Origin: Mobula hypostoma
Taxonomy: Eukaryota
Assembly (NCBI RefSeq): GCF_963921235.1
Contig: NC_086097.1
Location: 53,942,001 to 54,006,000 of the forward strand
Direction of reading: 5' to 3'
DNA: 64,000 nucleotides
The notes under the pieces are model-generated. The model was not told the DNA's origin. It saw only the letters and a program-made list of their open reading frames with translations, and searched no databases. A program made the position numbers and the translations under genes. This document shows, piece by piece, positions 12,145 to 25,356 of the stretch. Each line of letters opens with the position of its first letter. The first letter of the stretch is position 1.

Positions 12145-13932
12145 GAGGGAACGGGCAGGGACCCTATAAAGGAGGTGGGGGGAGGGTGGGAAGGAGAAGG
12201 CTGGTAGGTTCCAGGTGAAAAACCAGTAAGGGGAAAGATAAAGGGGTGGGGGAGCGGAAGGAGGGAGGTGATAGGCAGGAAAGGTGAAGAAGGAATAGGG
12301 GAAAACACAAGGGGTAGTAGAAGGAGGTGGAACCACAAGGGAGGTGATAGGCAGCTGGGGAAGGGGCAGAGTGACATAGGGATAGAGGAAGGGAGGGGGA
12401 GGGAATTACCGGAAGTTGGAGAATTCTATGTTCATACTAAGGGGCTGGAGACTACCTAGACGGTATATGAGGTGTTGCTCCTCCAACCTGAGTTTAGCCT
12501 CATCATGGCAGTAGAGGAGGCCATGTATGGACATATGTGAATGGGAGTGGGAAGCAGAGTTGAAGTGGGTGGCTACTGGGAGATCCTGTCTGTTTTGGCA
12601 AACGGAGCGGAGGTGCTCGACGAAGCGGTCCCCCAATCTGCGTCGGGTTTCACCGATGTAGAGGAGGCCGCACCGGGAGCACCGGATGCAATAGATGACC
12701 CCAACAGACTCACAAGGGAATGGCAACTCATCCTTGGAGCAACTATACCTCTTCCCACCCCGCCACATGTAAAAATGCCATTCCCTATTCCCAGTTCCTC
12801 CGTCTCTGCCGCATCTGCTCCGAGGATGAGGTTTTCCGTTCCAGGACATCTCAAATGTCCTCTTTCTTTAAGGATCATGTTTTCCCTTCTGCTGTCATCA
12901 ATGATGCCCTCACCCGCATCTCCTCCATTTCCTGCACTTCGGCTCTCACCCCATCCTCCCGCCACCACAACAGGGACAGAGTTCCCCTTGTCCTCACCTA
13001 CCACCCCACCAGCCTCCGGATCCAGCACATTATCCTCTGCAACTTCCGCCACCTTCAACGGACCCCACCACTAAGCATATCTTTCCCTCTCCACCCCTCT
13101 CCGCTTTCCACAGGGATCGGTCCCTCCGCGACTCCCTAGTCCACAAGTCCCTCCCCACGGATCTCCCACCTGGGACTTATCCCTGTAAGCGCAAGTGCTA
13201 CAACTGTCCCTACACCTCCTCTCTTGCCACCATTCAGGGCCCCAAATAGTTCTTCCAAGTGAGGCAACACTTCACTTGTGAGTCTGTTGGGGTCATCTAT
13301 TGCATCCGGTGCTCCCGGTGCGGGCTCCTCTACATCGGTGAAACCCGACGCAGATTGGGGGACCGCTTCGTTGAGCACCTCCGCTCCGTCTGCTACAGCA
13401 GACAGGATCTCCCAGTAGCCACCCACTTCAACTCTGCTTCCCACTCCCATTCAGATATGTCCATACATGGCCTCCTCTACTGCCATGATGAGGCTAAACT
13501 CAGGTTGGAGGAGCAACACCTCATATACCGTCTAGGTAGTCTCCAGCCCCATGATATGAACATAGAATTCTTCAACTTCCGGTAACTCCCTCCCCCTCCC
13601 TTCCCCTATCCCTATGTCACTCTGCCCCTCCCCCAGCTGCCTATCACCTCCCTCATGGTTCCGCCTCCTTCTACTACCGATTGTGTTTTCCCCTATTCCA
13701 TCTTCACCTTTCCTGCCTATCACCTCCCTGCTTCCCCTCCCCCACCCCTTTATCTTTCCTCTTACTGGTTTTTCGCCTGGAACCTACCAGCCTTCTCCTT
13801 CTCACCCTCCCCCCACCTTCTTTATAGGGCCTCTGCCCCTTTCCTCTTCAGTCCTGACAAAGGATTCTGGCCCGAAACGTCGAGCGATCTTTTCCACGGA
13901 TGCTGCCCGGCCTGCTGAGTTCCTCCAGTGTA
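12145..13932 (+). mobile_element. Penelope-like element with RT C-terminus, GIY-YIG endonuclease and an inverted pseudo-LTR
   Basis: YTSSHPATCKNAIPYSQFLRLCRICS (12720-13139) and GVIYCIRCSRCGLLYIGETRRRLGDRFVEHLRSV...VATHF (13259-13585). 12145-12716 is an inverted copy of 13275-13846. Degenerate hammerhead at 13849-13886. Confidence 0.92.
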
Positions 13933-13934
13933 TT

Positions 13935-14920
13935 GTGAGTGTTTATATGTACATTGAATAGATTTTAAATAGTAATAGTATTAAAAAGAAAGTGAGGTAG
14001 TCTTCATGGATTCAATGTCCATTTAGGAATCACATAGAAGCTGTTCTTGAGTTGCTGAGTGTGCCTTCAGGTTTCTGTACTTCCATCTATAGAAGTTTTT
14101 GAGTGTTTTAGTTGACCAACCAAATCTCTATAAACTCCAAATGAAATATAGCCTTGCCTTTTTGTTAGCTACATTGATATGTTCAGACCAGGTTAGATCC
14201 TCAGAGATACTGACACCCAGGAACTTGCAAATTGCTCACACCGAGCCCTGTATGAGGATTATTGCAACTTACCCTTCCTGAAGTCCACAATCAGCTCTTT
14301 TGTCTTACTGACGTTGAATGCACGGTTGTTGCTGTGACACCACTGAACTGATGTATCTCGCTCCTGTACGTCCTCTCATCTCCATCTGAGATTCTACCAA
14401 CAATGGCTGTATCAGCAGCAAGTTTATAGATGGTATTTGAGCTCTGCCTAGCCACACAGTCATGAGTGTCGAGGGAGTAGAGCAGTGGGCTAAGCACACA
14501 CCCCTGAGGTACGTCAGTGTTGATCATCAGCAAAGAGGAGATATTATCTCCAATCCACGCAGATTGTGGTCTTCCATTTAGAAAGTTGAGGATCCAATTG
14601 CAGAGGGGGGTACAGAGACCCAGGTTCTATATCTTATCGATCAGGTCTGTGGGAATGATGGTGTTAAACGGTGAGCTATAGTCAACGAACAGCATTCTGA
14701 CATAGGTGCTTCTATTGTCCAGGTGATTTAAGGTTGTGTGAAGAGCCATTGAGATTGCATCTGCTGTTGACCTATTGTGGTGATAGGCAAATCGCAATGG
14801 GTCCAGGTCCTTGCCGAGGCAGGAGTTCAGTCTAGTCATGACCAACCTCTCAAAGCATTTCATCACCATTGCTGTGAGTACTACTGGGCGATAGTCATTA
14901 AGGCAGCTCACACTACTCTT
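13935..14920 (-). mobile_element. Rex1/Babar LINE remnant (3' end at about 12060-12145; continues at about 16537-17090)
   Basis: ORFs 14627-14911 and 14291-14533 ([16 protein letters not shown]). ORF 16335-16631 (EVPTCFKNSIIIPMPKK) continues the frame across the CR1 insertion. Confidence 0.85.
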
Positions 14921-16536
14921 CAGAGCAGCAATGGCTTGAGGAAGGTGCTGTTTAGATGTATTCCAAAAACAAAGGAATACTCAAATGGCAAAATATAGTA
15001 CAACTGTGGCTGATAAGGAAGAAGGTGCTCAAAAAGCTAGAAGACCTAAAGGTACGTAAGTCACCCAGACCAGATGAACTGCACCCTAGGGTTCTGAAAA
15101 AGGTAGCAGTAGAAATTGTGGAGACATTAGTAAGGATCTTTCAAGACTCATTGGACTCTGGTATGGTTCCAGAGGACTAGAAAATTTCAAATGTGTCTTC
15201 ACTCTTTAACAAAGGAGGGAGGCAGCAGAAAGGAAATTATAGAGCAGATAGCCTGACCTCAGTGGTTGGGAAGATGTTGAAGTCAATTGTTAAGGATGAG
15301 GCTATGGAGTACTTGGTGACACAGGCCAAGTTAGGACAAAGTCAGCATGGTTTCCTTAAGGGAAAATCTTGCCTGAAGTTTTGAGGAGATTACAAATAGG
15401 ATAGATAAAGGGGATGTGGTGGATGTTGTATATTTGGAGTTTCAGAAGGCCTTTGACAATGTGTCACACATGAGGCTGTTTCCCAAGTTAAGAGCCATGG
15501 TATTACAGGGAAGTTACTAACATGGTTAGAACACTGGCTGATTGGTAGGAGGCAGTGAGTGGGAATAAAAGGATCCTTTTCTATTGGCTGCCGGTGACCA
15601 GAGGTGTTCCGCAGGGGTCGATGTTGGGACCGCTCCTTTTTATGCTGTATATAAATTATTTTGATCATGGAATAGATGGTTTTGTTACCAAGTTTGCAGA
15701 TGATACAAAGATTGGTGGAGGGGCGGGTGGTGTTGAGGAAACAGGAAGGCTGCTGAAGGACTTAAACAGATTAGGAGAATGGGCAAGAGATTGGCAAATG
15801 AAATGCAATGTTGGAAAAAGCATGGTCATACACTTTGGTAGAAGAAATAAATGTGCAGACTATTTTGTAAAGGGATCTGGGAGTCCTTGTGTGTAATACC
15901 CTAAAGGTTAATTTGCAGGTTGAGTTGGTGGTGAGGGAGGCAAATGCGAAGTTAGCCATTTCAAGAGGCACTGGATGAGGCCTCACCTTCAGTGTTGTGT
16001 ACAGTTTTGGGCTCCTTATCTAAGAACAGATGTGATGGCATTGGAAAGGGTTCCGAGGAGGTTCACAAGGATGATTCTGGGAATGAAAGGGTTATCATAT
16101 GAGGAACATTTGATGGCTCTGGGCCTGTACCCGCTGGAATTTTGAAAGATGAGGAAATCAGTGAAACCTTTCAAATGTTGAAAGGCCTGGACAGAGTCGA
16201 TGTGGAACAGATGTTTCCCAAGGTGGGGGAGTTCAGGACAAGAGGGCACAGCCACAGGATAGAGGGGCATCCATTTAAAACAGAGATGCGGAGAAATTTC
16301 TTTTAGTCAGAGGGTGGTGAATTTGTGGAATTTGTTACCACAAGCAGTTGTGGAGGCCAGGTCGTTGGGTGTATTTAAGGCAGAGACTGATAGGTTCTTG
16401 ATTGGCATCAAAGGTTATGGGGAGGAGGCTGGGGAGTGGGGCGGAGGAAGGGACAAAAGGATCAGCCATGATTGAATGGTGGAGCAGACTCAATGGGCCA
16501 AATGGCCTAATTCTGCTCCTACGTCTTATGGTCTTC
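14921..16536 (+). mobile_element. 5'-truncated CR1-clade LINE inserted in Rex1
   Basis: KSPRPDELHPRVLK, KGNYR..SLTSVVGK, QHGFLKGKSCL, GVPQGSMLGPLLF, KFADDTKIGG. Tail gggccaaatggcctaattctgctcctacgtcttatggtctt. Confidence 0.9.
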
Positions 16537-18189
16537 TTAGGCATAGGTATAATTATTGAATTTTTGAAGCAGGTGGGAACTTCTGCCCGTAGCAGTGAGA
16601 GGTTGAAAATGTCCCACCAATTGGTTGGCACAAGTTCTCAGAGCCTTACCAGGTGCTCCACTGGGGCCTGCCGCCTTGCGAGGGTTCACTGGACTACATT
16701 GGCACTACACTCACCCACACAGATCTTAATGAAGGTGGTAACAACTGCGGCATACTCATCCTCATTCGAAGATGAATCCCTCAATATAGTCCAGTCTGCT
16801 GATTCAAAGCAGTCCTGTAGGCCCTCCTGTGCTTCTCGATCCCCTCTATTGCTGCTGCAGTCTTCAGTCTCCGCCTGTACTTGGGGAGCAGAAGTACAGC
16901 CAGGTGATCAGACTTCCCAAAGTGAGGGTGTGGAATAGCACGGCAGGCATTCTTGATGATGGTGTCGCAATGGTCCAGTGTGTTGTTTCCTCTGGCCCAA
17001 CAAGTGATTTGTTGATGATCATTTAGTGACTTTTTCAGGCTGGCCTGGTTAAAATTCCCCCAAAATGATAGTGAATGCGTCAGGGTGTGCTGTTCTGTGC
17101 ATGTTGATCACATCTGTCAGATCATCTGGAGCCTCTTTAAGTACTCTTTATCTTGTTATTTCATGCTCTCATTATTTATTGTTATTGATTTACATTTGTA
17201 TTTGGTACAATTCTGTAGATTTGCTAAGTATACTCAGAGGAAAAAGAACCTCAGGGTTGTATGTGGTGACATGTATGTACTCTGATAATAAATTTACTTT
17301 GAATTTTGTCTACATAGTGCGTCAGGAATCCTTCCTGGACACACCTAAGAAATTCCACCCCATCTAAATCTTGTGCAGTAGAAGTGCCAATCAATATTAG
17401 GGAAGTTGAAGTCACCCATTACAACAACCATATTATAGAAAACAGAAAATAGGAGCAGGAGTAGGCATGCTTGTACATTTTCAAACTCTACCTCCCGATC
17501 TGCTGCTTGGTGTTTTCTGTTGCTGTTAGGGCAGGGGGGAAGATGGTGGTCTATAGAACACTCCCTGTAGTATGATTTCCCATTTCATGTTTTTGACTTC
17601 AACCATACTGACTTAGTAGATGATCCTTCCACGATATCCTCCCTTTCTACAGCTGTGATACTATCCCTGATTAGCAATGTCACTTCCCACTTTTTACCTC
17701 CCTCCCTCCCTCTCCCTTTTCAAACATCTAAACCCCAGAACATACAGCAGCCATTCTTGCCCTTGTGACAGTCAATTCTCCACTATAGCCGTCACGCCGT
17801 AGTTCCATGCACTGAACCATGCTCTAAATTCATCATTCTTGTTCCTGATGATTCTTGCATTGAAGTCAAATCATTTCAACCCATCCAACTAACTGCATTT
17901 ATATCTATCCACTGCCTGCCATTCCTCACACTTTTCTAAACACTGCATCTACTTTGACAACAAGCACTTCATCCTCTGGCCTATCACACTGGTTCTCATC
18001 TCACTGCTAAGCTAGTTTAAACTCTCCCCAACAGTGCTAGCAATCCTGCCCTCCAGGATATTGCCCACCCCCAGAGTTCAGGTGTAATCCATTCATTCTC
18101 GACAGGTGATCAACTCCTCAGATGCCTATGATCCACAAATCTGAAACAGTGCCTCCTGCACAATTCTTCAGCCACACATTAGTCATTCC

Positions 18190-18975
18190 AGGTAAGGCAG
18201 CCCTCACCTGCGAATCTTTTGGGGTTACACACACAAAATGCTGGTGGAATGCAGCAGGTCGGGCAGCATATAAGGGCCGAGACCCTTTGTCAGGACTAAC
18301 TGAAAGTGTTTGAATCTTTTGGGGTTCTCTACCGCATCTGGTGTTCTCAATGTGGCCTCCTCAGTACTGGTGAGACCCAATGTAAATTGGGGGATTACTT
18401 TGTTGAGCACCTCCACTCCATCCGTTAAAAAGTGGAATTTCCCTTTGGCCCATCATTTTAATTCCTATCCCCATTTCTATTCCAACATATCAGTCCACGG
18501 CCTCCTCTTCTGCCATGATGAGGCCACTCCTGCACTCTCAGGGTGGAAGAGCAACATCTCATATTCCCTCTAGGTAGCCTCCAACCTGATGGCATGAACA
18601 TCAATTTCTCCTTCTAGTAAAATTCTTTTGTTACCCCCCCCCCCCCGGCTTGTTACCTCTCCTCCTCACCTGCCCATCACCTCCTCCTTCCCTTTCTCCC
18701 ATGGATATCTATCAGATTCCTTTGTTCTCCAGCCTTTGCCTTTCCTATTGATCACCTCCCAGCCTCTCATTTCATCCCACTGTCCCCCACCCACCTGGCT
18801 TCATCTATCACCTTTCAGCTTGTCCTCCTTCCCCTCCCCCCACCTTTTAATTCTTGCTTCTCCCCCTTCCTACCCAGACCTGATGAAGGGTCTCAGCCCA
18901 AAAAGTTGACTGTTTATTCATTTCCATAAATGCTGCCTGACCTGTTGAGTTCCTCCAGCATTTTGTGTGTGTTAC
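18190..18975 (+). mobile_element. Decayed PLE (GIY-YIG plus 3' tail with hammerhead remnant at 18875-18912)
   Basis: Homologous to 13260-13930; peptide LAHHFNS...VHGLLFCHDEAT. Confidence 0.85.
18227..18311 (-). mobile_element. 85-bp PLE-tail insertion nested in a PLE
   Basis: Perfect 15-bp TSD GAATCTTTTGGGGTT (18212-18226, 18312-18326). Confidence 0.85.
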
Positions 18976-20524
18976 ACATTCAAATGCCATATTGTCCTAT
19001 TCACTGACACAGGGCACAGGTAGAAATCCAGAGACTGGTCCTCTTGACTTCCTGTTTTTCAGCTTCCTATCTAGCTCCACATATTATCTCTACAGGACTT
19101 CATCTATTTTCCTACCTATATCATTAGTTTCAATATAAACTATGACTTCTGGCTGCTCACTCTTCCCTTTAAGTATGGTGTAGACCCGATCTGAGACATC
19201 CCAGGTCCTGGCATCTGGCAGGCAAAATATCATCCGGGAGTCTCTCTCATGTCCACAAACTCTCCTGTCTGCTCCCCTAACTATTGAATCCTCTGTCACC
19301 ACTGCACTCATCTTCTTCCCCCTTCTCTTCTGAGCCACAGAGCCACACTCAGTGCCCAAGAACAGTTAACCATGGCTTTCCTCTGGTAGGTTGCTCCCCG
19401 CCAACAGAATCCAAAGCCATCTGCATGTTCCCTTTCCCTCTCCTGACAATCAGCCGGCTACCTACCTCTTGCAACTTAGGGGTGACTACCTTTCCTGTAG
19501 CTCTTATCTATCTCTTATCTCTTATTCTCCCAAACGGGCTGAAAATGTCATCCATTTCCAGTTCTCTTATACAGTCTGTAATGAGCAGCATCCAGATGTA
19601 CTTCTTATCTATGTAGCAATCAGAGAGACCGGAGTTCTCCCAGATCTCCCACACTTTGCAAGAGGAGCACATCACTATCCTGGGATCCATTCTCCCTACT
19701 CTAGCTAGGCGCTAATAAAGAAAGCAGCCTCAACCAAGCTTCTGCCTCCTCTTCCCAAAGCCTCTTGAGCCCAAGCCCCAGATCCCCATTCCTCACTGGA
19801 AAAGGATGGGATTACAACCTGCACTCATTAGACACTGTTGAGCAAACAAAACCAAAGTAGAAGCACATTTTCCTTTCCTAAAAGTAATAGTTTTCCCAGA
19901 ACACAAACGTAAAAATCACAATCCTCTCGCATCTTCTGCTTCTCAATACTTCCTGACAAACAAGAGGAAAAAGGTTCGACTGCTGTGGAGAACATCTTTC
20001 ATTATAATTCATGTGGTGCATTGTGAAATTGTTTACAAGCTATGAAGTTATGGAATGGCAGCTTTTCAATCCAAATAGCTTGAATTTAATATACTTTAAA
20101 AAAAATTGTAGTCTACACCATCCCTCCCCCAACCAGTGCCACCTTTCATTATAAAGTTCTTTTTTAAAATGCAGATTTGGGTTTATTGTGCTAATAACAG
20201 TAGGAGAACGGGGAGAAATGCACTGTAACTTGCTATTGTTACAGTTAAAGCTTTTCCTGACCTGACTTTTACAGTTCACTGAAACCATTTAACTTGCACA
20301 TAAACAGACATTACCCAGTGATTACAAACTAATCGTACACATTTCCCTTGCACGGATCAAGGATCTCCTGGTAGACTTACATTAAAGCAAAAGAATGAAT
20401 CGGGGGTTGAAGAAAAGATCTTTTGTCCAATGATGTATACTATTATCTAAATTAAATATTAGAACAAATATTACAACAAATCTGCCTCAGTGTTACAAAA
20501 GTTTAGTTGAAGTACCTTTCCCCT

Positions 20525-20860
20525 CAATCCCACTCCAGAGACTCTTGGTCATAATCTGGGTTGAAGCCGCACTGCTATACTAAGTGAGTGCAGAGCAATT
20601 GTGCATGTCAGCTTTTGGTAGTGATGTCCAACTTGTCCGGTGGGGCATATTTCTAAGGAGAGCAGTGGGGTTCCTCCAAGTGCCTTAATCAACATTAATA
20701 AAACTGATTATCTGCTCATTACCATTTCATTCCTTAAAGGACGTTGTCACAAATAAATTAACTATCACTTTCCTATACTTCAAAAGCACTTAAATGGCTG
20801 GAAAGAACTTCTAATTGTCCTAAGGTTGTGAAAGTTTTTAAATGAAACTCTTTCTTTCAA
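20525..20860 (+). mobile_element. Ancient Deu-SINE (AmnSINE1/SacSINE1-like)
   Basis: cccactccagagact...gattatctgctcatta...acttcaaaagcactt...tggctggaaag...gtcctaaggttgtgaaag follows the recalled consensus order. Confidence 0.65.
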
Positions 20861-21039
20861 AATTGGCTTTGCATATTTGATTTATGACATATTGACATTA
20901 CACAAGATATTTCAAGATCACAGTTTCATCAACAATGGAGAAATGCGGAGATTCAAAAGATTTTAAGCAGATACCATGGTGGGGAAAGCAGAGGTCAAGA
21001 AACAAAAGTAAAAGAATTATTCAAATAAACTTTTTTCAC

Positions 21040-21575
21040 CTAACACACACAGAAAGCTGGAGGAACTCAGCAGGTCAGGCAGCATCTGTGGAGAGAAATA
21101 AAAAGTCAACGTTTTGGGCCAAGACTCCTCATCAGGACTGGAAAGGAAAGGGGGAGGAGGAAAGAAACCAGAATGGGAAGGTGGGTGAGGGGGAAGTCGT
21201 ACAAGGAGTGCGGGACAGTGAATGGGTGGGTGGATGAAGTGAGAAGCTGGGAGGTGAGAGGTGAAACCAGGTTTGGGGGACAGTGAGTGGGTGGGTAGAT
21301 GAAGCGAGAAGCTGGTAGGTGAAACCAGGTTTTGGGGACAGTGAGTGGGTGGGTGGATGAAGTGAGAAGCTGGGAGGTGAGAGGTGAAACCAGGTTTGGG
21401 GGACAGTGAGTGAGTGGGTGGATGAAGTGAGAAGCTGGGAGGTGAGAGGTGAAACCAGGTTTAGGGGACAGTGAGTGGGTGGGTGGATGAAGCGAGAAGC
21501 TGGTATGTGAAACCAGGTTTGGGGGACAGTGAGTGGGTGGGTGGATGAAGCAAGAAGCTGGGAGGTGAGAGGTGG
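21040..21575 (-). mobile_element. PLE 3' tail with hammerhead motif (21104-21140) and an internal tandem expansion
   Basis: Minus strand reads cagtcctgatgaggagtcttggcccaaaacgttgact plus the shared tail. Confidence 0.8.
21212..21575. repeat. Minisatellite, about 6 copies of a ~56-65 bp unit
   Basis: Unit gggacagtgagtgggtgggtggatgaagtgagaagctgg(gaggtgaga)ggtgaaaccaggttt repeated head to tail. Confidence 0.92.
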
Positions 21576-23494
21576 AAGTGGCTTGGTGGCAGCACTGCAG
21601 CCAAGGTGTCAGAAATGATAGAGAATAATTCTTTAAATGCAGAGGTCAGTGGGGTGAAAGGTGATAGGTGAAAGGTATCCCTTCCATCGTTCTGAAAGGC
21701 AGCAAAAGAGGCAGATGCAAAGGAACAGAAAATGAAACAGCACAGGACACCATAAGCAGGGCAAACATTCTGAGTTAAAAAAAAATTGCTTTCAAAAATG
21801 TATAATGTAAAGAAGAAAAGAAGCAAAGAAAATTGAAATGTTTCATGTTTATGCGCTTTGCCAGAACTGGAAATCATATTCTTGACTCATAATCCCCAAA
21901 AAGATTTATGAAAAGCAAAGGCAATAAAGAATAGTTATGTTTGTGGTTACATAACATCTCACCCCACATTTTAAATGAGCTGTTTTTGAAGTGTTAAAAG
22001 TGAAAACATGAACAGCTCAGAACCGTTTTTATACTTAGTGTGCTGTGTATGAAGTGCTATAGTAAACTAGATAGTTCAAAGCCCGCTGAAAGATACTACT
22101 GAATCCAACAAAGCAGAGGTACATCAACAGATATCCGACTGAATGATCTATAAACTCAACAGCAATCAGGTTGGTATCCAATTTCAACTTATAAGAGTAT
22201 TCTTTGATAAATATTAACCTATAACTAAGTACTTTTAATAAGTGTACTTCTAACTAAGTGGACTCAGTGTGCATGTACAATATGCAGGAAGTTTAATTTC
22301 TCCACTTTCACATCCACGACAGAACCAGAGAAAACACGTACCTCCCTTGCCAATGGCCATTTATTAATCACTTGAATTCTCTCACATTTAAGGAGACTTC
22401 CCAAGTGGTAGAATACACCTTCCGGTGCTACTTAGACACATCTTCAGTGATGAACCCAGGGTCATAGGGTGTTTCGGGCCTTTAATCATCAGACAACAAG
22501 TGTGTTTTAAGTCTTTTGATGGTGTGTGTGAATGGAACACTTTACAGCATTCAAGTGTAGTTCTGCAGAGCTCCATTAAAGTGAGCCCATTTTCACTCCA
22601 TTTTATAAACCTAGCTAATTAGCCCATTAGGTGACAAGTAATCAACAATTGATGTAGGACAAATACCACAATGTTACTGTACAATCTAAGCTGTAGTCAC
22701 AATTGGTTGTCTACTGTCCAGAGTTGTGTTCACGCCCATTTTTAAATTAACACCTCATTAAATGGTGTCAATTGTTTTCATATTGTTCTGATGTCACCGG
22801 CCGTTGACAGGTGGATCTCGTCCAGCCAGTGACAAACTATCACCAAACAGGTTGAATTGTTTAAGACTAGTAAATCTAATTTTAGATTTAGCCCTTGTGT
22901 TTGTTACCTCTCGTCCTTGACACTGACAGGATCCCCAGTAGCGACCAATCCAATGGACAGACGTAGACAGTCCCTACAATATCATGCTCTGAAACCAGAA
23001 TGGAGAACTTGGTTCACCGTGACAACGAACAGATTCTATGATCTACAACTCACTTTCAAGGACATTTGACAACTCATGTTCTCAGTATTATTTTTATTTA
23101 CAAGCCTGTCTTCTTGGTGTTTCTCAGTCACAGTTTTTCCAAAATTCCTATCACATTTCTTTTTTCCTTGTAAATGCCTGCAAAAAAACAAATCTCAAAG
23201 TAGTACATCATAACATACATATACTGTGATACTGAATATATTCGGAACTTTGAACAGTGATTCCCTGTAGTGGTTAATTGTTGCTGATTTCACATCGGAG
23301 TACCTCAAACGTGTAATAGTCAAACTTCCACAACCAGCTGCTTAATTTGCCAGATCCAGATTGTCTGTAGTTTTCAGATACAGATTATGGGCAAAATTAG
23401 TTGTAGTCTCTACAGATTAAATCTTCCAACATATAAGCAGCCTTGGGTCTTTATCGTGCTAATATATCTTTGGTGGAAACATCCATTTGATGTA

Positions 23495-23620
23495 AACATG
23501 AGAAAGTCTGAAGATGGTGGAAGTCCAGAACCACAGTTGGAGGAACACAGCAGGTCAGGCAGCATCTATGGAAATGAATAAACAGGTAATGTTTCGGGCC
23601 AAGACCCTTCCTCAGGACTT
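23495..23620 (-). mobile_element. Short PLE tail ending at the hammerhead motif
   Basis: gtttcgggccaagacccttcctcaggact at the boundary, preceded by the shared tail. Confidence 0.7.
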
Positions 23621-25057
23621 TATTTGTTGTATTTCTTTCTACATTGTAAAATTATAAATTGTAGTCTTACCTTCGATCAGTAGTTCTTGTTTACTCATTC
23701 AGCGTAGAGTATCTGCACCAACAGATATAATCATATTCTTTATCCACATTGTAGGGCAGTGCCCTAGAACCGAAGGTAAATGACTGCTAATGTAAAAGTC
23801 ACTGTTAACCAGTCTCTGCTGCACACAGTTAAGGATGCCACATGTATCTCTTCTCATGCAAAGAAGCTAGAATGCAAAAACGTTGGATGAGAAGAGCATC
23901 GGGCTCAGGTGTGAAGATCCTCACTATTAAAATACTTTACTCTGGGTCATTCACTGGGATTGTGCAATGTGAACTGCACCCACACAGCTTACTTTCAGGG
24001 GATCTGTTCAAAGTACGTTTAATTTCTGTTTTTTTGGGGGGGGTCAGTGAAGCAATAAAAAATAAACATTCTGCAAAATTTCTCATTAGTAAGCTGTGAA
24101 ATGTCGACCGACTGCATTTTAAATGAGCAAATTTAAGATGCCAAATGGATCAGTAGCAGTATGGGGACTGATCCAGCAAACTGAGAATTACTGGGTGAAT
24201 ACAGCTGACCATACTCACACTCCTATGCTTCAGCTATCATGAACTGAAGTGTTTCATTAGTGTAAATATATGTGTTCAATAAAATTATACAAAACGTACA
24301 TGTAGGTAGATAGTTTAAGGTTGAGAATAAACAATACTGGAAATTATTTTGCAGATCATTTACCAAAACTACTGTCAGAAGTAGCATACCACCCAGCAAC
24401 TAATTTGATTTAGAAAACACTCAAAATTTCACTTGTGTATCAAAAGTAAACAATTCATCACAATTTACGTCAGCCCTTGTTGTATTACTGTGGCAATCCA
24501 GTGTTGAAGACAAGAACAGCATTTAAATAAGCGACATTTGCAAAACTTTCCAATTTAATATTTAATTCTTTGAAAACCAAAATATAATGCAGCAGACTAC
24601 ACTAGCCTCAGGAGAGATCAGAAAATAGAAGCAAGTATATTTTCATACTGGAATGAAAATGGGGAACCCTAGTAATATACATCTACAATAATTCTCAGCA
24701 TAGGATTTGCAGATGCAGACTGGAGCTAATTTTTCTTGTGTTAATAGCTTATATATGAAATGTATATCATTGTGATGCTAACCAGAGCTAGTTGAATATG
24801 GAGAGAGTGGCACTGGAAAGAGATTATCAGAGACCTGGGTTGCTCTTTTATCCTGACATGCAGTTTGTACATTCTGTTCCGCAATGTATGAGACTCTTCT
24901 TTGTGCTGGATCTTGGTTTCACTACAACAACCCATGCAAAACTCAAAACTCTGTGTATTTAAAGTAACAACAGAAGAAAACCCATGTATATACAATGACA
25001 AATGGAAAGAGGCCCCTTGGTTCATCGAGCCTGTCCCACTCAATTATATACTTCAGA

Positions 25058-25356
25058 AGGCCGCGTGGCCAAGTGGTTAAGGCATCAGTCCAGTGATTTG
25101 AAGGTTGCTAGTTCGAGCCTCAGCAGCACGTTGTGACCTTGAGCAAGGCACTTAACCACACATTGCTCTGTGACGACACCGGTGCCAAGCTGTATCGGCC
25201 CTAGTGCCCTTCCCTTGGACAACATCAGTGGCGTCGAGAGGGGAGACTTGCAGCGTGGGCAACTGCCGGTCTTCCATACAACCTTGCCCAGGTCTGCACC
25301 CTGGGAAACCTTCCAAGGTGCAAATCCATGGTCTCATGAGACTAACGGATGCCTAT
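25058..25356 (+). mobile_element. tRNA-derived SINE with CORE-like body
   Basis: A box TGGCCAAGTGG, B box GTTCGAGCC, then gtgaccttgagcaaggcacttaacc. Second copy at 52479-52792. Confidence 0.85.

Larger units (their letters stand above)
17400..19720 (-). mobile_element. Decayed CR1 5' region (ORF1 zinc finger/esterase and endonuclease), interrupted by a PLE
   Basis: ORF 19090-19359 (VVTEDSIVRGADRRVCG...FCLPDAR...IETNDIGR) is a GDSL-esterase-like CR1 ORF1. ORF 19508-19690 contains CSSCKVWE. Confidence 0.7.

Noticed and set aside
13259..13585. Domesticated GIY-YIG nuclease gene
   Set aside because: Embedded in a truncated PLE with an upstream frameshift and stop, and multiple decayed paralogs in the window.
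21212..21575. CRISPR-like array
   Set aside because: Head-to-tail units without unique spacers, in eukaryotic DNA with no cas genes.
25058..25130. tRNA genes at SINE heads (also about 52720-52790 and 57628-57695)
   Set aside because: A/B boxes run into SINE bodies with TSDs; no complete cloverleaf.
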